Shown piece after piece: positions 1-13,323 of a stretch of DNA of 64,000 bases. The DNA comes from Lama glama (taxonomy: Eukaryota). Position numbers and translations under genes: made by a program. The stretch's first letter is position 1; each line of letters begins with the position of its first letter. The stretch is from NCBI GenBank assembly GCA_028534125.1, contig CM052818.1:35218001-35282000 (forward strand), in the 5' to 3' direction. The notes under the pieces are model-generated. The model searched no databases. It worked only from the letters and a program-made list of their open reading frames with translations, and was not told the origin of the DNA.

Positions 1-1640
1 CCAAGGAGAACGTTTTCAGCATTCATTTTAGTATGTTATTTGATGTAAGTTTTTTGTAGAAACTGTTTATCAGGTAGAAGAGGTTCCCTTTTATTCCTGG
101 TTTGCTCAGGGTGCTTTCTTTTTGCCATGAATAGATGTCAAATTTTATCAAAGACTTTCTGCGTTGAGATGATAGTGTGATTTCTTTGTTCTATTAATGT
201 AGTGAATTACATTAATTGTTTTTTTAAACAACCCTACATTCCTGGAATAAACATAAGTTGACCCTCCTTTTGATACACTGCTAGATTTCATTTGCTAATA
301 TTATGTTTGGATTGTTTTCTATGTTAATAAGTTAGAGTGTCTTGTAATTTCCCTTGATTTGTTTTGTTTTGTTTTGTTTTAATGGCAAAGTTTGCCCAGT
401 TTGCTATCTTCAAGAAGTTGAAGAGCAGTCTCTCTTTTATATGGAAGAGCTTGCTTAAGACTGGAATTATTTGCTCCTTATATTTTTGGGAAAATTTACC
501 AATGAAGCTATCTGTGCCTAATGCCTTCTTAGTGAGAAGATTTTTAACTGTTAATTTCATTCAAAAAAACAACCATAAGACTATTTTTATTTTTTATTTA
601 TTTTTGAGTCACTTTGGAACATTTTATAGATGTAGGAATTTGTCAATTCCATCTAAACTTTCAAAGTTATTGGCACAAAATTTATAATATTTTACCTGCA
701 GTATGTGTGTTAAATAATATCTCTTTTTTGTCCCTACTCTCAGGTATTTATAGTTTGTTTTTTTTTTTCCTCAAAAAGTTTTACCATAGGTTTGCTCCAT
801 CTTTTAGGCTTTCAGAGGACCAACTTTTGGTTTTGATGATTCTCTTATTGGATGTATATTTTTTTTAATTTCACGTATTTCTACCCTTTATTATTTCTTT
901 TATTATAGATTCTTTGGGTTTATTTTGCTATTCTTTTTCTAACTTATTGAAAGATATGCTTCGCTTACTCATTTCAGGTTTTTTTCCCCCTCATATAAGC
1001 ATTTAAGGCTATAAATTTCTCTAAGCACTACCTAAGTCCAAGTTTTGTTATGTAATATTTAAAAATTGTTTAGTTCTAAATATCTTCCAAGTTCTGTTAT
1101 GGTTTCTTCTTTGGGAAGTATGCTTTCTTAATTTCCAAACATATGGGGGTTTTTCTAGTTGCCTTTTCATTATTAATTTCTAGTTTGTTGAGACATGCTT
1201 ATTATCTACTATATGATCAAGTTTTTGTTACGTTCCAAGTAAAGTTGAAAATGTTTATTCTGTGCTTGTTGGGTGCAGAGTTGATAGTGAATGAATGTAT
1301 GTCAGTTAGGTCAAATTTGTTAACCATGTTACTCAGATAGCCTTACTGACTTATTCAAAATTATACATATTTCTCTAAGAAATTGAAATTTTTTTCTTAT
1401 GTAGTGACTCTCTTTATTTTTAATTATTCTATTTGTTCTCAAGTCTGTTTTATCTGCTGGTAACATCTTTTAATATCTTATGCTAGTTATGTGCCTAGTA
1501 TAACTTTTCCCATGCTTTTTCTTTCGATTTTCTCAGTTGTCCTTAGGTTTTCAGTATGTTTCTTATAAATTGTAAGCTGGATTTTAAAAATGTAACGTAA
1601 CAACCTGTCTTAACTGGTGAGTTTAGTCCATTTAAATATA
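1..1640 (-). mobile_element. Old LINE-1 ORF2 fragment (degenerate)
   Basis: T-rich antisense L1 phrases such as aggttcccttttattcctggtttgct, ttcatttgctaatatt, gaccaacttttggttttgatgatt and gctataaatttctctaagcac. Confidence 0.85.
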
Positions 1641-1835
1641 TTACATCATAATTATTATAATTAGTCATTTATTATAATCAAACTTGATTTATATAGTTAC
1701 AAAATTATAGTTATAAAATTATTTTATATATTTTTATATTTATTTTAAATAAAAATGTATTTTAAATAAAATATATTTTATATTATAGTTATACATTTAT
1801 ATTAAAATTATATAAATTATATAAAATTATATTTG
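1640..1835. repeat. AT-rich low-complexity tract
   Basis: Almost exclusively A/T, with recurrent aaaattata units. Confidence 0.85.
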
Positions 1836-2486
1836 GACCTTTTTCTATTCTCTTTTGTGCTATTTATAATATTTTTTATTCCCCTTTATTCACATATCCC
1901 ACTCTAGTTACCCTTTCCCCCATGGGTAACCATTCTTATGTACTTATTGTCTATCCTTTTATTAGTATCTGTTCTTGAAAACTATGAATTGTTTTGTATC
2001 TTCTTTTTTAAAATTTTACATAAGTGGTATGCTGAACAATATTTTACCTACCCATTCCCTGTGATGGACACCAGGGTTGCCTTCAGATCTCTGCCTCCGC
2101 ATAGAATGCTGTAGTAAATACCTCAGATGTTTCCCCAGTGGAACTGGGTAAGAATTTATACCTTGGATACAAGTCGTTGGGTCAAGGGTTATGTATGTCA
2201 TCACCAGACATATGTTGGGGAATCCAGTGGTTTAGTGTAGACTTTCAGTTAATCTCCATTTTAATTCAGACCTTGTACCCTCACCTCTACCTGGTGTGCC
2301 TGAGTTTGGAGACATTCTGGTCAATTTCACTAGAGAATAAGCTGCAGTTTCCCACCGGCCTAGAAAGAAGTAGTCATCTCACTGAGTGGTGATGGGCAGT
2401 CAGGTGAAAGAGGCGGGGAGGCTCAGCTTCTCAGGCAGACTTTCAACTAATCTTCTTTTTTAAAAAAAATTGTGTGTGTGTGTGTA

Positions 2487-2626
2487 TGGGGGGGTCATTA
2501 GGTCTATGTTTTTAAATTTATTATTAGTTTTTTGTTTTGTTTTTTTTAGTGGCGGTACTGGGAATTGAACTCCGGACCTCATGCATGCTAAGCACATACT
2601 CTACCACTGAGCTATACCCATGTCCC
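2487..2626 (-). mobile_element. tRNA-Ala-derived SINE (camelid Vic-1-like)
   Basis: Reverse complement reads GGGTATAGCTCAGTGGTAGAG...TAGCATGCATGAGGTCCGGAGTTCAATTCCCAGTACC (A and B boxes), followed by an A-rich tail and cctaatgacccccc. Confidence 0.9.
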
Positions 2627-2689
2627 TCCTCAGACCTTTTTTAAAAAAATAAAAATAAAACATTGAAAAGTTGTAGTTTCCTATGTCCT

Positions 2690-3062
2690 TCCTAATCCTA
2701 TTATTGTTTCTCTCTCCCAAAGAGTAGCCACTAACATTTATTTTGTATCTGTCACTCTGTATGTTTTTATACTTTAACTGAATCTTTATGCATCTTAAAA
2801 ATCACATATTTTAAAACTGTATATAAATGGTTATGCTCTGCATATCCTTCTGTAAGTTTATTACTTTATCAAAGACTATACTTCTGAGATTTATCCAAAA
2901 TCTGGAATGATATTCCACTGAGTGACTATCCCACAAGTAATCCATTCTCCTGTTGGCAGACACAGAGGTCGCTTCCAGTTTTTCACTACAGCCTGCAGTG
3001 GTGCTGTGGCATTCTTGTACAGAGAGTTTCTCTAAGGTGGAAATGTAACTCCTGGATCCTAA
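2690..3062 (-). mobile_element. Ancient L1 (L1ME-like) 3' region
   Basis: gagatttatcca...tattccactg...tccattctcctgttg...cttccagtttttcacta pattern. Confidence 0.65.
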
Positions 3063-3304
3063 GATATGAATGGTTCTCATGGTTCAACTCATGAATGTTT
3101 GTCACTCATGCAAAGTCCATTGTGGATTGGAAGGACTCCGGAGCAGCTGAATTGTGAGCAGTGGCTCGGTGGCTTAGGCTGCTTCAGTTTCTGGCTCCGT
3201 CATCTCAGTCAAGGCCTGGGGAAGAGAGCATGTGGGGGCCACATACAGTTTTTTTTTTTCTCTTTTTGCATTCGATTTTTTGGGGGGAGGGTATTTGCAT
3301 GGGC

Positions 3305-3462
3305 TTTTTTTTTTTTTAATTGAAGTATAGTTAGTTACAATGTGTCAATTTCTAGTGTATAGCCTAATGTCCCAGTCATGTATATATATTCATTTTCATA
3401 TTCTTTTCATTAATAGTTATTACAAGATATCAAATATAGTTCCCTATCTTATACAGAAGAAT
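3305..3462 (-). mobile_element. 5'-truncated lineage L1 3' end
   Basis: Poly-T followed by aattgaagtatagttagttacaatgtgtcaatttctagtgtatagc; homologous to the L1 tails at 50880 and 59610. Confidence 0.85.
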
Positions 3463-5789
3463 CATATCAGTTCTTCTTTGCTTTGGTTCAGAAGTGACAT
3501 GTGTCATTTCCCTCCCTACTGTACCTAACTTCAAGTATTTATCATACTCCGTGTACCTAAGAAAGAGAGGAGAACCAGATACTGATCAGCTCTAGTACTG
3601 TATGCCATAAGTGTATGCAACTTTGTAGATATTACCTAGAACTCAAATTTTATAGTTCAGGTATTTATGAATCTGAATTATGCCCAAACCAAGTATATAG
3701 TCAGCAGGCCACTCAGAAAACTCAGTGATAGCTTCCCTTTTAGATTCTGATGAAATTTTGAGTAATTAATCCCATTTGGATTAACTAGACAATTTTTAAA
3801 GTCCCATTCAACTTTGAGGTTCTGTGTTTTGTAGATTTTTTTTTCTTTTTTAATATTCGCCACATGTCAATGATTCCCAAACCTGCCTGATACCAGGGTC
3901 AGTAAACTTTTAAAAGTATAGCTTACTAGGTTACTTCCATTCTGGGTCAACTGAATCATTATTCTGGGGGTGGCCTGAAATCTACATTTAAAAAAAGTTT
4001 CCTAGTGAATCTGCTCAGATTATGGAACCACCTCATTAGAACTAAAGTGGTTTTAGCAATGTTAACAATAAGCTAAGAATTCTATGCTAAGCATTCAAAA
4101 GTGGAGATAGAGTACCACTGAAATATAATTCTGTGAATCTCAGTTCTTAATGCTTGCTGAGATTTAAGTTTTCTATTCATTCAGCAAATATTTATTGAGG
4201 ACTTTCCAGGATCTATCCAAAGTACAAACAGTATTCACACAGTACTTCACTTATATGCGAATAGGTTTGAGTGAGAGTGAGGAAGCCAATTTTATGAAGT
4301 GCGGTGTTTTGGGCTGGCTTCCTTAGGAAAGAGTTACAAGTATAGCTCAAACGAGGAGAAAATTGGAAGGCGTGGGCCACTGTGTGCATTTCTCATCATG
4401 ATCAGGAAAAAAATGTTTGCTGTTCTGCACTTAGAGATGAAGGAGTTGAAGATAGCTCCTATATTTGAATGCTTAAAGTCAGCAAAATATTCCATTCAGA
4501 TAGGATCATGATTATTTTAATCATTGTCTTCCTATATTAATTTAAAAGGGTCTTTCTTTAGACAAAGAATAGGTAATTTTCTTGCACTTCAGGGTCTTAC
4601 AACACTGTAGGTATTATTTTCAAACACTTAAGTTGTTTATGTTTGTTTTACTAAAAATCAGATTGGGATGAACACCGTCTACCAAGGAGGTTGAGAGTTA
4701 GGGATGGGACCCAAGGGAATGGACAGCCAGCATTCTTGGACCTTTCCTTGGGCCACTAGTTAAACACTTTTTACCCTTTACAGTTATTTCTTACATACCA
4801 TGCTTATTTGTTTACAACTTTTAAAAAAAGAGAGGACATGCTGGAAGGTATGTATCTTTGACCATTTCAAACTAGATCTTCCTCAGTAGAAAATAAAGCT
4901 TCTTGCTAAAGTTTTAGTTTGATGGTCAAATTTGTTCAGTTTTTCTTTATGTTTCTGGCTTTCATGTCATATTCAAAACTTATGTTCTCACTTCAAGATG
5001 ATAAAAGTACCTCTGACAGTAAATTTCTTATTTCTGTATTTTTTGTTGTTGTTATCAGGTATGAAATAGGAATTTTTTTTTCATAATGGATAGCCGTTAG
5101 TCCCAACTCCATTATTTTCCTGCTAACTGTGTTGCAGTTTTAATTTTGCCTTCCTTTTGGCAATGTTGATAATTCCCTTTGAAAGCTCTGAGAAATAATA
5201 TAAACCACTTCTCTAACAAGATGTCTTTACCTTATGGTCTGCCTTTATCTTATTAGTAGGTTAAGAAAGGGTTTTGTGAAGTATCACATTTATAGTGAAG
5301 ATAAATAGGAATTAGGCACGTGGAGGGTAGGGAGGAGCGTTCCCAGCAGAGCGGAGCAGGAGGAAGGCTGCAGAAGCAGGCATTGATTTTGGACATTATC
5401 CCAAATTGAAGGGTTTTGGGTAGGAGAGGGACATGCTGAATTTTGCACTTGAAGGAATCACTGTCTATTGTGTGTAAATAGGAAGTGGGATAAGGGTGAA
5501 AAAAGAAGAAGCCAGTTAGGGGTCTTTTTCAGGGGCTAGGTGAGAGATAATGGTGGGTTGGACTATTATGGTGGTAGTGGAGATGGGGAAAAGTTTGTAA
5601 ACACATTTTTAAAATCTTAGATTTTGCTGAATGCCCAGAGATAAAATTAAAACTCCAGTGGAAATTTGAGACAGGAATTGAAACTAAGTATGATGATAAA
5701 ACATTTTAATGTTAATTGTTTACATTTCACTGTTAGCATAGGTTAGAGATCGACTCAGATCCTCACAAACTTGAGATTCAAGTGTTTGT

Positions 5790-6005
5790 TGGGCACCCAG
5801 CGTTCCAAGCCCTTTGATCACCTCTTCCGTGTATGTTATTTCATTTAACCCTCACAGCAAACTTTGCAGTATAGGTAGCCTTAACCTGTAACAGATCAGG
5901 AGGCAGTATCAGGGACGTTGAATGACCTGCCCAAGATCACACAGCTACCAAGTGACGGAGTTGGAGCTAGAGCCTGGGCTCCTAGCTCCATGCCAAGCGT
6001 TCTTT
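5790..6005 (-). mobile_element. MIR SINE
   Basis: MIR core tcatttaaccctcacagcaa...tgacctgcccaagatcacacagct. Confidence 0.8.
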
Positions 6006-7026
6006 CCCAGTTTCCTAACAGGCTGACCCAGTCAGAAATTGTTGTAGAAACATCTGCTAATTGAACCATTGTTTGAACCCTGTGGTCAGGTTGAGAATCA
6101 AGGGACGACGCGGAATAGCTATACCTTTGTTGGTTGAAAAACAGAAGGGAGGCAGTGTGATATGACAGAAGAAAAACTAGGTTAAAAATCAGGAGACATC
6201 AGTTTGTGTTTCTGTGAAATGGTGTTATTTAAACTCATCTTAATTATCTCAAGATGGTGTTTAAGGATAATGTATCTGAAAGTGCTTCTGAGAGCTTAGG
6301 ATGCTATAAATACTGTATTCTAAACTCTTAAAGTCTTTTCCTCGAAATAGAGTAAATCATGCCACAAAAATGGACCCTCTGCAAAGGCTGGGACTCTATC
6401 TTGCTCTACACTGAGTCCCCAGTGCCTCAAATAGTGCCTGAGCATGGTAGGCATGTAAAATATATTGCATGAATGAGTGATGCGAAACGTGATTTATATA
6501 AACAGACTCCATCCTCTGTTTGTTTTTCCTGCAGTAAGTAAGTCATGTGCCTACAGTACCTGAAGCCTCCACTAGATGTCAGGCATATTTTCTCAATTGG
6601 TTCATTGTTTCTTTTCTGATGAGTTGAGAATATTAAGTAAACAGGGTTTTTCAAGTGCATCTCAAACAAAACCAATTTACTTATCATCAACACTGTAGCA
6701 AGTTTTCTTCTGTCTTTGAGAGAAGTAGTTGTTTCTTTTGCTTAAGGCATTTTTGTAAAACTTCTAGCCTTTGGAGCCTCAGATAAGCGTTCCGCTAGCC
6801 TAATTCAAGCAATTTGTTGGTGCTTACGATCTAATTATCTAACCACATAGTCCTTATATCTGATTTCTTTAATTAGCAATTCATCACCATTACATTTCGG
6901 TTTGTGGTTATTTATTTCTGAGAGAAAGCAGAACTTCCCGATGTCGGCTTAGTATGTTTGTTCCTCTGAATTCCAGCATGACCAGTGTCTCCCTCGATAC
7001 ACCTGTGATTGATCTAGTCTCTTCAG

Positions 7027-7352
7027 CAGGAGTTGGCAAACTATAACCATAGGCTGAATCCAGTCTGTCGCCCATTTTTGTATGGCCCATGACCTAGGAA
7101 TTTTTTTTAACTATTTTTGAGTGGCTGAAGAGGAAAAGAAGAATGTTTTGTGAAAAATGATATGAAATTCAGATTTCAGTGTCCATAAATAAGGTTTTAT
7201 TAGGACACAGCCACACTAATTCATTTACGTATTTTCTGTGGCTGCTTTTGGGCTACAGTGGCAAAATTGAGTCTTGCAACTGAAATCATAAGACCCTCAA
7301 GGCCTAAAATGTTTATTATCTGGCTCTTTACAGAAAAGCTTGCCAACCCCTA
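7027..7352 (+). mobile_element. MER58B-like hAT-Charlie MITE
   Basis: Terminal inverted repeats caggagttggcaaact / agcttgccaaccccta, 8-bp TSD ctcttcag / ctcttaag, and internal aataaggttttattaggacacagccac. Confidence 0.9.
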
Positions 7353-7984
7353 CTCTTAAGGAAGTGTTGCTAGAAACTGCAAATTTAGGGCACTTTGTGC
7401 TTCTTGGTAGTCTTTTCTCTGAATGCTCATCATCTCCTTTGGTTTGATGGTCCAGGTTGTTTTTTCCACCCAAGGGTGAAGGTTAATTTGGTAGCTTCTT
7501 CTGTTAAAGCATTTGGATAAAGTTTGTTACCTAGAAACCAGACTAGCTTTTTACCGTTTCTCTCTGCCTGTTCATATATAAATATGTACATGTTTGAACA
7601 GCTAACCAACCAGTTTTCTCCACATCTTGTATCAAAACAGAATTCACCTAGACAATTAAAAAAAGCTGTTAAATTATGCTATAATTATAGAATTATAATT
7701 ACAACAATACTTTAATATGGTTCTTATTTGTCCTATTGTAGCTACTTTTCTGTTTAATACTGATTTAGTTGCTCTACACACAAACACACACACACACACG
7801 CACACACACAATTTAATCAAGCCAATCTGTCCTCTTTGTTGTTTTTTCTTTTACAAAATCATAGATTTTTTTCCTCAGTTCAAGTTTTTATTTGATGAAA
7901 CTTATTACAAACTCATTCTTTTGTTGTTGAAATTTCAGATGCCATTTCTGTGGGTGATAATTTCAACTGGAGGTTTTTTTAATA

Positions 7985-8190
7985 ATTAAAAAAGTATTTA
8001 ATGATGGTAAAAAGAAAAACACATAGCATAAAATTTACCATCTTAACCATTTTTAAGTGTATGTTTTAGTAGTGGTAAGTGTATTTTCCATCTTGCAAAG
8101 CTGAACCTCTGTGCCCATTGAACCACTCTCCATTTCGTTCTCCCCCCAGACCCCGGTAACCGCAGTTGACTTTCTGTTTTTATGAGTTTT
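7985..8190 (-). mobile_element. L1MA/MB 3' end fragment
   Basis: cataaaatttaccatcttaaccatttttaagtgta motif. Confidence 0.75.
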
Positions 8191-9554
8191 TCAAGTCATA
8201 GGTTTATTTTTTTGAACTTTAGGCCACTGTGCCTAAATATCTGATGCTTTCAGTGTTTTGAACTTTTCATTATAATGCAAAAATTCTGCCTGTTTTATCC
8301 TTAAATCATAGTGACTTTAAATCAGTAGAAATTCACCAGACCTAGAATAATTTAAGACCATTTGTAACCCTACAAAAAACAGGTCTGAATTCTTGTTTAT
8401 GTTGTTTAGCTATTAAAGCACATATTTCTGATGATACTTTGAAAATGAGTGAATCTGGAATTCTAAATGGCTTTTTTGACGAGGGTGTTTCTAGCTAATT
8501 GTCCTGTGCAAAACCAAATGCCTCATTGTTTGCAGCTTTTTTTATTAGTCAAATTTGGTTTTTTTCAAAGTTATGGATTAGCTTTGAATTCTCCCAAAAA
8601 TTATTATAGAATTTATGATATTGGTAAGTTGATGTGGGTTGAAATCACTATCTTCCACAGGTATTTACTGAATGTGAATTGTGAATAGAGCTCTGTGCTT
8701 GGTGCTGAGGGGAGTCTTATTTGAGAAAACTGACAAGGTGATATTTTCCTCTTAGATTTCTGGGTGAGTCTGATGTTCTAGTCACTTGAAAGGGGTATCA
8801 GATCCATTCTGGGTATCTTGGTCTCCGGAGACTGAACCTATTTGGAAGATTTTAATTTTGAACTGTTTCCAACAGGCAATTCTTATACTTTGGCTCTTAG
8901 ATCATAGGTCATCTGATATTAATTATGTTTTGCATTTTGCGGGGGTGATTTTTGAGGACCTAGCGGCTGAGGAACACAAGATCCTCTTAGAGCCTTGAGC
9001 TTCACTCAGTTCTGGCTTGGGTGTTGTCTGTTTGGCTCCATTGCAGGCTGAAGGTCCCAGATAATCATTCTTTTCTAGGTTTTGGGTAGCTGACCCTGAA
9101 AGTGTATCTGTCCAAAAAAGAAAGAGGGAGCACAGAAAGCGCTGGTACCAAGGATCATGAATCATCTTAGAAATAGGATAAGATTTTTGCCTGAACTCTG
9201 TGTGTGTGTGTGTGTGTTGGGGAAATAGGAGGACTTGCATACACTCACAAACCCACACATGTGAGTATATGTGAGTGGTACCTGTGTGTGTGTGATGGAG
9301 AGGGATGGTCACATGGACAGCAAATGTGATGATTGATTATGATGCAGTGGGGAGAAACAGCATTATTTAATACAATAAAACTCAAGGTTTCATCCTAGGA
9401 GGATAATTATTTATGAGTGGTTAGGCTTTAGTCTACTCAGTGTTACCCTCCCCTTGGGATTTTCCTCACTCTGTTTGCCACTCTACTACCATAAGACACT
9501 CTGCTTTTGAACTCTAACTCTAGGGTGGCCAAAACACCATCCTTACTTTTCTTT

Positions 9555-12310
9555 CCTTTTTTTTTTTATTGTGGTAAAACATAAAATTCACCATTTTAAC
9601 TGTTTTCAGGTGTGCAGTTCAGTAGAGTTAAGTATATTTTACATTGCTGTGAAGCAGATCTCCAGAACTTTTTCAACTTGCAAATCTGAAACATCAACTC
9701 CTCTTTTACCATGAGACCCTGGTAACCACCATTCTACTTCCTGTTTCTATGAATTTGAGTACTATAGATACCTCATATAAATAGAATCATGTCCTATTTG
9801 TCTTTACATGACCTTTTTATTTCATTTAGCATAGTGTCCTCAAGGTTCGTCTATGTTGTAACATGTGTCAGGCTTTCTTTCCTTTGCAAGGCTGAATAAT
9901 ATTCCATTGTGTGTATACACCACATTTTGTTTTCCATCCTTTGCCAATAGACATTTGGGTTGCTTCCACCTTTTGGCTGTTCTGAACACTACTACTGTGA
10001 AGATGGGTGTACAGATATCTTTTTGAGACCCTGGTTTCAGTTCTTTGGGTTATATACCCCGAGGCAGGATTACTAGGTGATATGGTAGTTCTGTTTTCAG
10101 TTTTTTGAGGAACCTCCGTACTGTTCTCCATAAGGGTTGCACCATTTTACAATCTCATGAACAATGTATAAGGGTTCTAATTTTTCTACATTATCACCAA
10201 CACTCATTATTTTCTGTTTGTTTGTTTGTTTTTAAGTTACCCTAATGGGTTTGAGGTAGTAGAACATTGGGGTTTTGATTTGTCTTTTCTTAAGAGTTCT
10301 ATTAAGGTATAATTTATATGTCATCAAATTCATCCACTGTGACAATTAAATGATTTTTAGTAAAATTATCTAGTTTTGCAACTGTCACCACCATCCAGTT
10401 TTAGAACATTTTCATCATCTGAAAAAGTTCCCTCGCACCCACTTAATCCCAGGCAGTCCCAGCTCCTACGTGCAGCCCCAAGGTCACCACTGATATCCTT
10501 CCCGTTTCTGTAGTTTCGCCTTTTCTAAAAATTTTATGTGAGCAGAATTAGATGTGGTTTTTTTGCTTCTGGCTTTTTTCACTTAGCATAATATTTTTGA
10601 GGCTTATCCACATTGTAGCAAATATCAGTGGTTTTGCCTGTTCAGTGCTGGCAATATCCCATTATTTGAATATACTACGTCTTGTTTGTTCCTTCACCAG
10701 TTGATGGACGCTTGGCTCATTTACAGTTTTTGACTATTATGAATAATGCTGCTATGACCATTTGTGTCTTTGTGTGAACATATGTTTTCGTTTCTTTTGG
10801 GTGGATACGTAGGAGGAGAATTGCTGGGTCATGCAGGATAAGGGTATATTTAACATTTTAAAAAACTGCCAAACTATTTTTGAAAGTGACTGTACCTGTT
10901 ACATCCCGACCAGAAATACTTGAGAACTCCAGTTTCTCCACATTCTTACCAGTGCACTGGTTATATTGTCAATCTTCTGTATTTATAGCCATCCTAGTTA
11001 GTGAGGTGGTACCTTATTGTGGTTTTAATTTGCATTTCCCCAGTGACTAATGATGTTGAGCACCTTTTTCATGTACTAATAAGTTGTTCATGTATCTTCT
11101 TTCTGTAATTGTCTATTTAGATCCTTGGCCATTTAAAAAATATTTGAATAATCTTTTTATTTTAGGGTAGTTTTAGATTTACAGCTGAGATAGGACAGAG
11201 TTCCCATATACCCTGTACTCAGTTCCCCTATTGTTAACATTTTATAAATGAACCAGTATTGATATTATTATTAACTGAACTCCATGCTTTATTGAGACTT
11301 CATTAGTTTTTCCCCTAATGTCCTTTTTTTGTTCCAGGTTCCCATTCCAGGGCACCACATTACATTTATTCATCCTACCTCCTTAAGCACCTCTGGGCTG
11401 TGACAGTTTGTCTCACCCATTTTATAATTGGTTGGTTTGTCTTCTTCTTACTGAGTTTTAAGAGTTCTTTATATATTCTGGACATAAGTTCCCTGTTGGA
11501 TATATGATCTACAGATCATTTTTTCCCCCAGTTTATGTCTTATCTTTTCATTTTCTTAATGATCTTTTTTGGGGGGAGGGAGGAGTAATTAGGTTTATTT
11601 ATTTATTTTTGGAAGAGATACTGGGGATTGAACCTAGGACCTCATGCCTGCTAAGCATGTGCTCTACTACTTGAGCTACACCCGCCTCCGCCCCTCCCCC
11701 CTGCCCATTTTCTTAATGATCTTTTGAAGAGCAAAAGTTTGTTATTGAGAAAGGCAACTTTATCAGTTTTTTTCCTTTAATGGGTTGTACTTTTGATGTC
11801 ATATCTAAAAAAACCTTTGCCTGACCCAGGGACACAACAGTTTTCTCCTATGTTTTCATCTAGAAATTTTAACCCTTAACACTTCAGTCGATAATCCACT
11901 TTTGTGTTGATTTTGAACTGATTTTTGTGTATGGTTTAAGGTGAGAGTCTAAGTCCCTTTTTTGCATGTGGCTATTCAATTGCATGAGCACCATTTGCTG
12001 AAAAGATTGTCCTGTGCCCCTTGAATTGCCTTGGCATTTTTGTCAAAATCAATTCACCTTAAGGATTTATTTCTGGACTCTCCATTCTGTTCCCTTGATC
12101 TGTATGGCTGTCTGTTCTTTTGTCACTACCTGATCTTGATTCCTGTAAATTTGATTTTGGGTAGTGTAAGTTGTCTTCTTTTTCAAAATTATTTTGGCAA
12201 TTCTAGGTCCTTTGCAGTCCCATTTAAATTTTAGGGTACACCTGTCAATTTTAACAACAACAACAAAAGACCTGTGAGGAGTTGGTTAGGGATTCCATTA
12301 AATCTATAGG
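9555..12310 (-). mobile_element. Composite of L1MA/L1MB 3' regions with a nested L1MC-like fragment (~11140-11415) and a SINE
   Basis: Two successive L1 3' UTRs (starting ~9560 and ~10300), each running into ORF2 C-terminal sequence. ORF 9868..10131 (MENSTEVPQK...) is a typical alternative-frame L1 translation. Confidence 0.85.
11569..11705 (-). mobile_element. Vic-1-like SINE with a perfect 20-bp TSD
   Basis: tRNA-like head; cattttcttaatgatctttt occurs at 11549-11568 and 11706-11725. Confidence 0.92.
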
Positions 12311-12759
12311 TCAGTTTTCTACTTTTCTCTTTCTTCCCCCTCTGCTACCCTTCTCCCTGTTCTTTTGTGTTTGTTGGCTGCTTGGGTTTTTGTTTTGTTC
12401 TCTTCTGTGTTTGCATTTGAGTAGCTCATCTTGCCTGGAACACACTCATTTTTTATGTTTAACAAATCCTTAACTGCCCGCAGCCATAGGTATATTCCTT
12501 TTGGTTCAATTCACTTTTACATCCTAATTTAATAATAATGTTAATGAAAAATCCTTTTGAGATTTTTTTCAAAGATTCTCATTTTTGTGTGAATGTATAA
12601 TGCAAATCACCTTTTTCTGAAAGGGTGTCAGATGTATTTGGAGAAATTCAGAACTGTAAGTATCTAGTGAATTGATTTCTTATTGTATCTGTTCCAGTGT
12701 GCAATCCAGTTCATACCTTATTTGCTTGTTTTTTTTTTTTTTATCCCTTCAGTGACTTC

Positions 12760-13323
12760 CCATCACACTTAAAAGCTGAAGTCTGTACAGTGGTCCCCAG
12801 GGCCCCATAAGATCTGGCTCCTAGCAACTTCTCTGCCTTTTTTTGTTTTTTTTTGTTTGTTTGTTTGTTTTCTGACTTTGTTTCTTACACTTTCCCATTG
12901 GTCTCTATGCTCTGTTCTTACACTGGTTTTGTTGTTCCTTGAAAACACCAAGTATGCTCCTACCTCAGGACTTTGAACCTGCTGTTTTATTTGCCTGACA
13001 GGCTCCTCATCCTGATACGTGACTCCTTCCCTTACTTCACTCGGATCTCTCCTTCAAAGGTATCTCCTCAGAGACTGGTCTTAACTGTCTTATCTAAAAC
13101 AGCAGCATCGCTCACTCGGTGCCATTACCTTGTTTCAGTTTTTTCACAGCACTTTACCTTATGTGACGTTATTTGATACATTTTTGTATCTGTTTACAAT
13201 TTATACCCCACTAGATTGTAAGCCCTTTGAAGACAGAGACTTTGTTTCCTGCTATATCCCCGGGAAATAGCATGGGCCTGGCAAATAGCAGACCTTAAAT
13301 AAGTGTTTGTGGAATGAATAAAT
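12760..13323 (+). mobile_element. L2 LINE 3' portion
   Basis: Ends with the L2 terminus ctagattgtaagcc...cctggcaaatagcag...gtggaatgaataaatg. Confidence 0.85.
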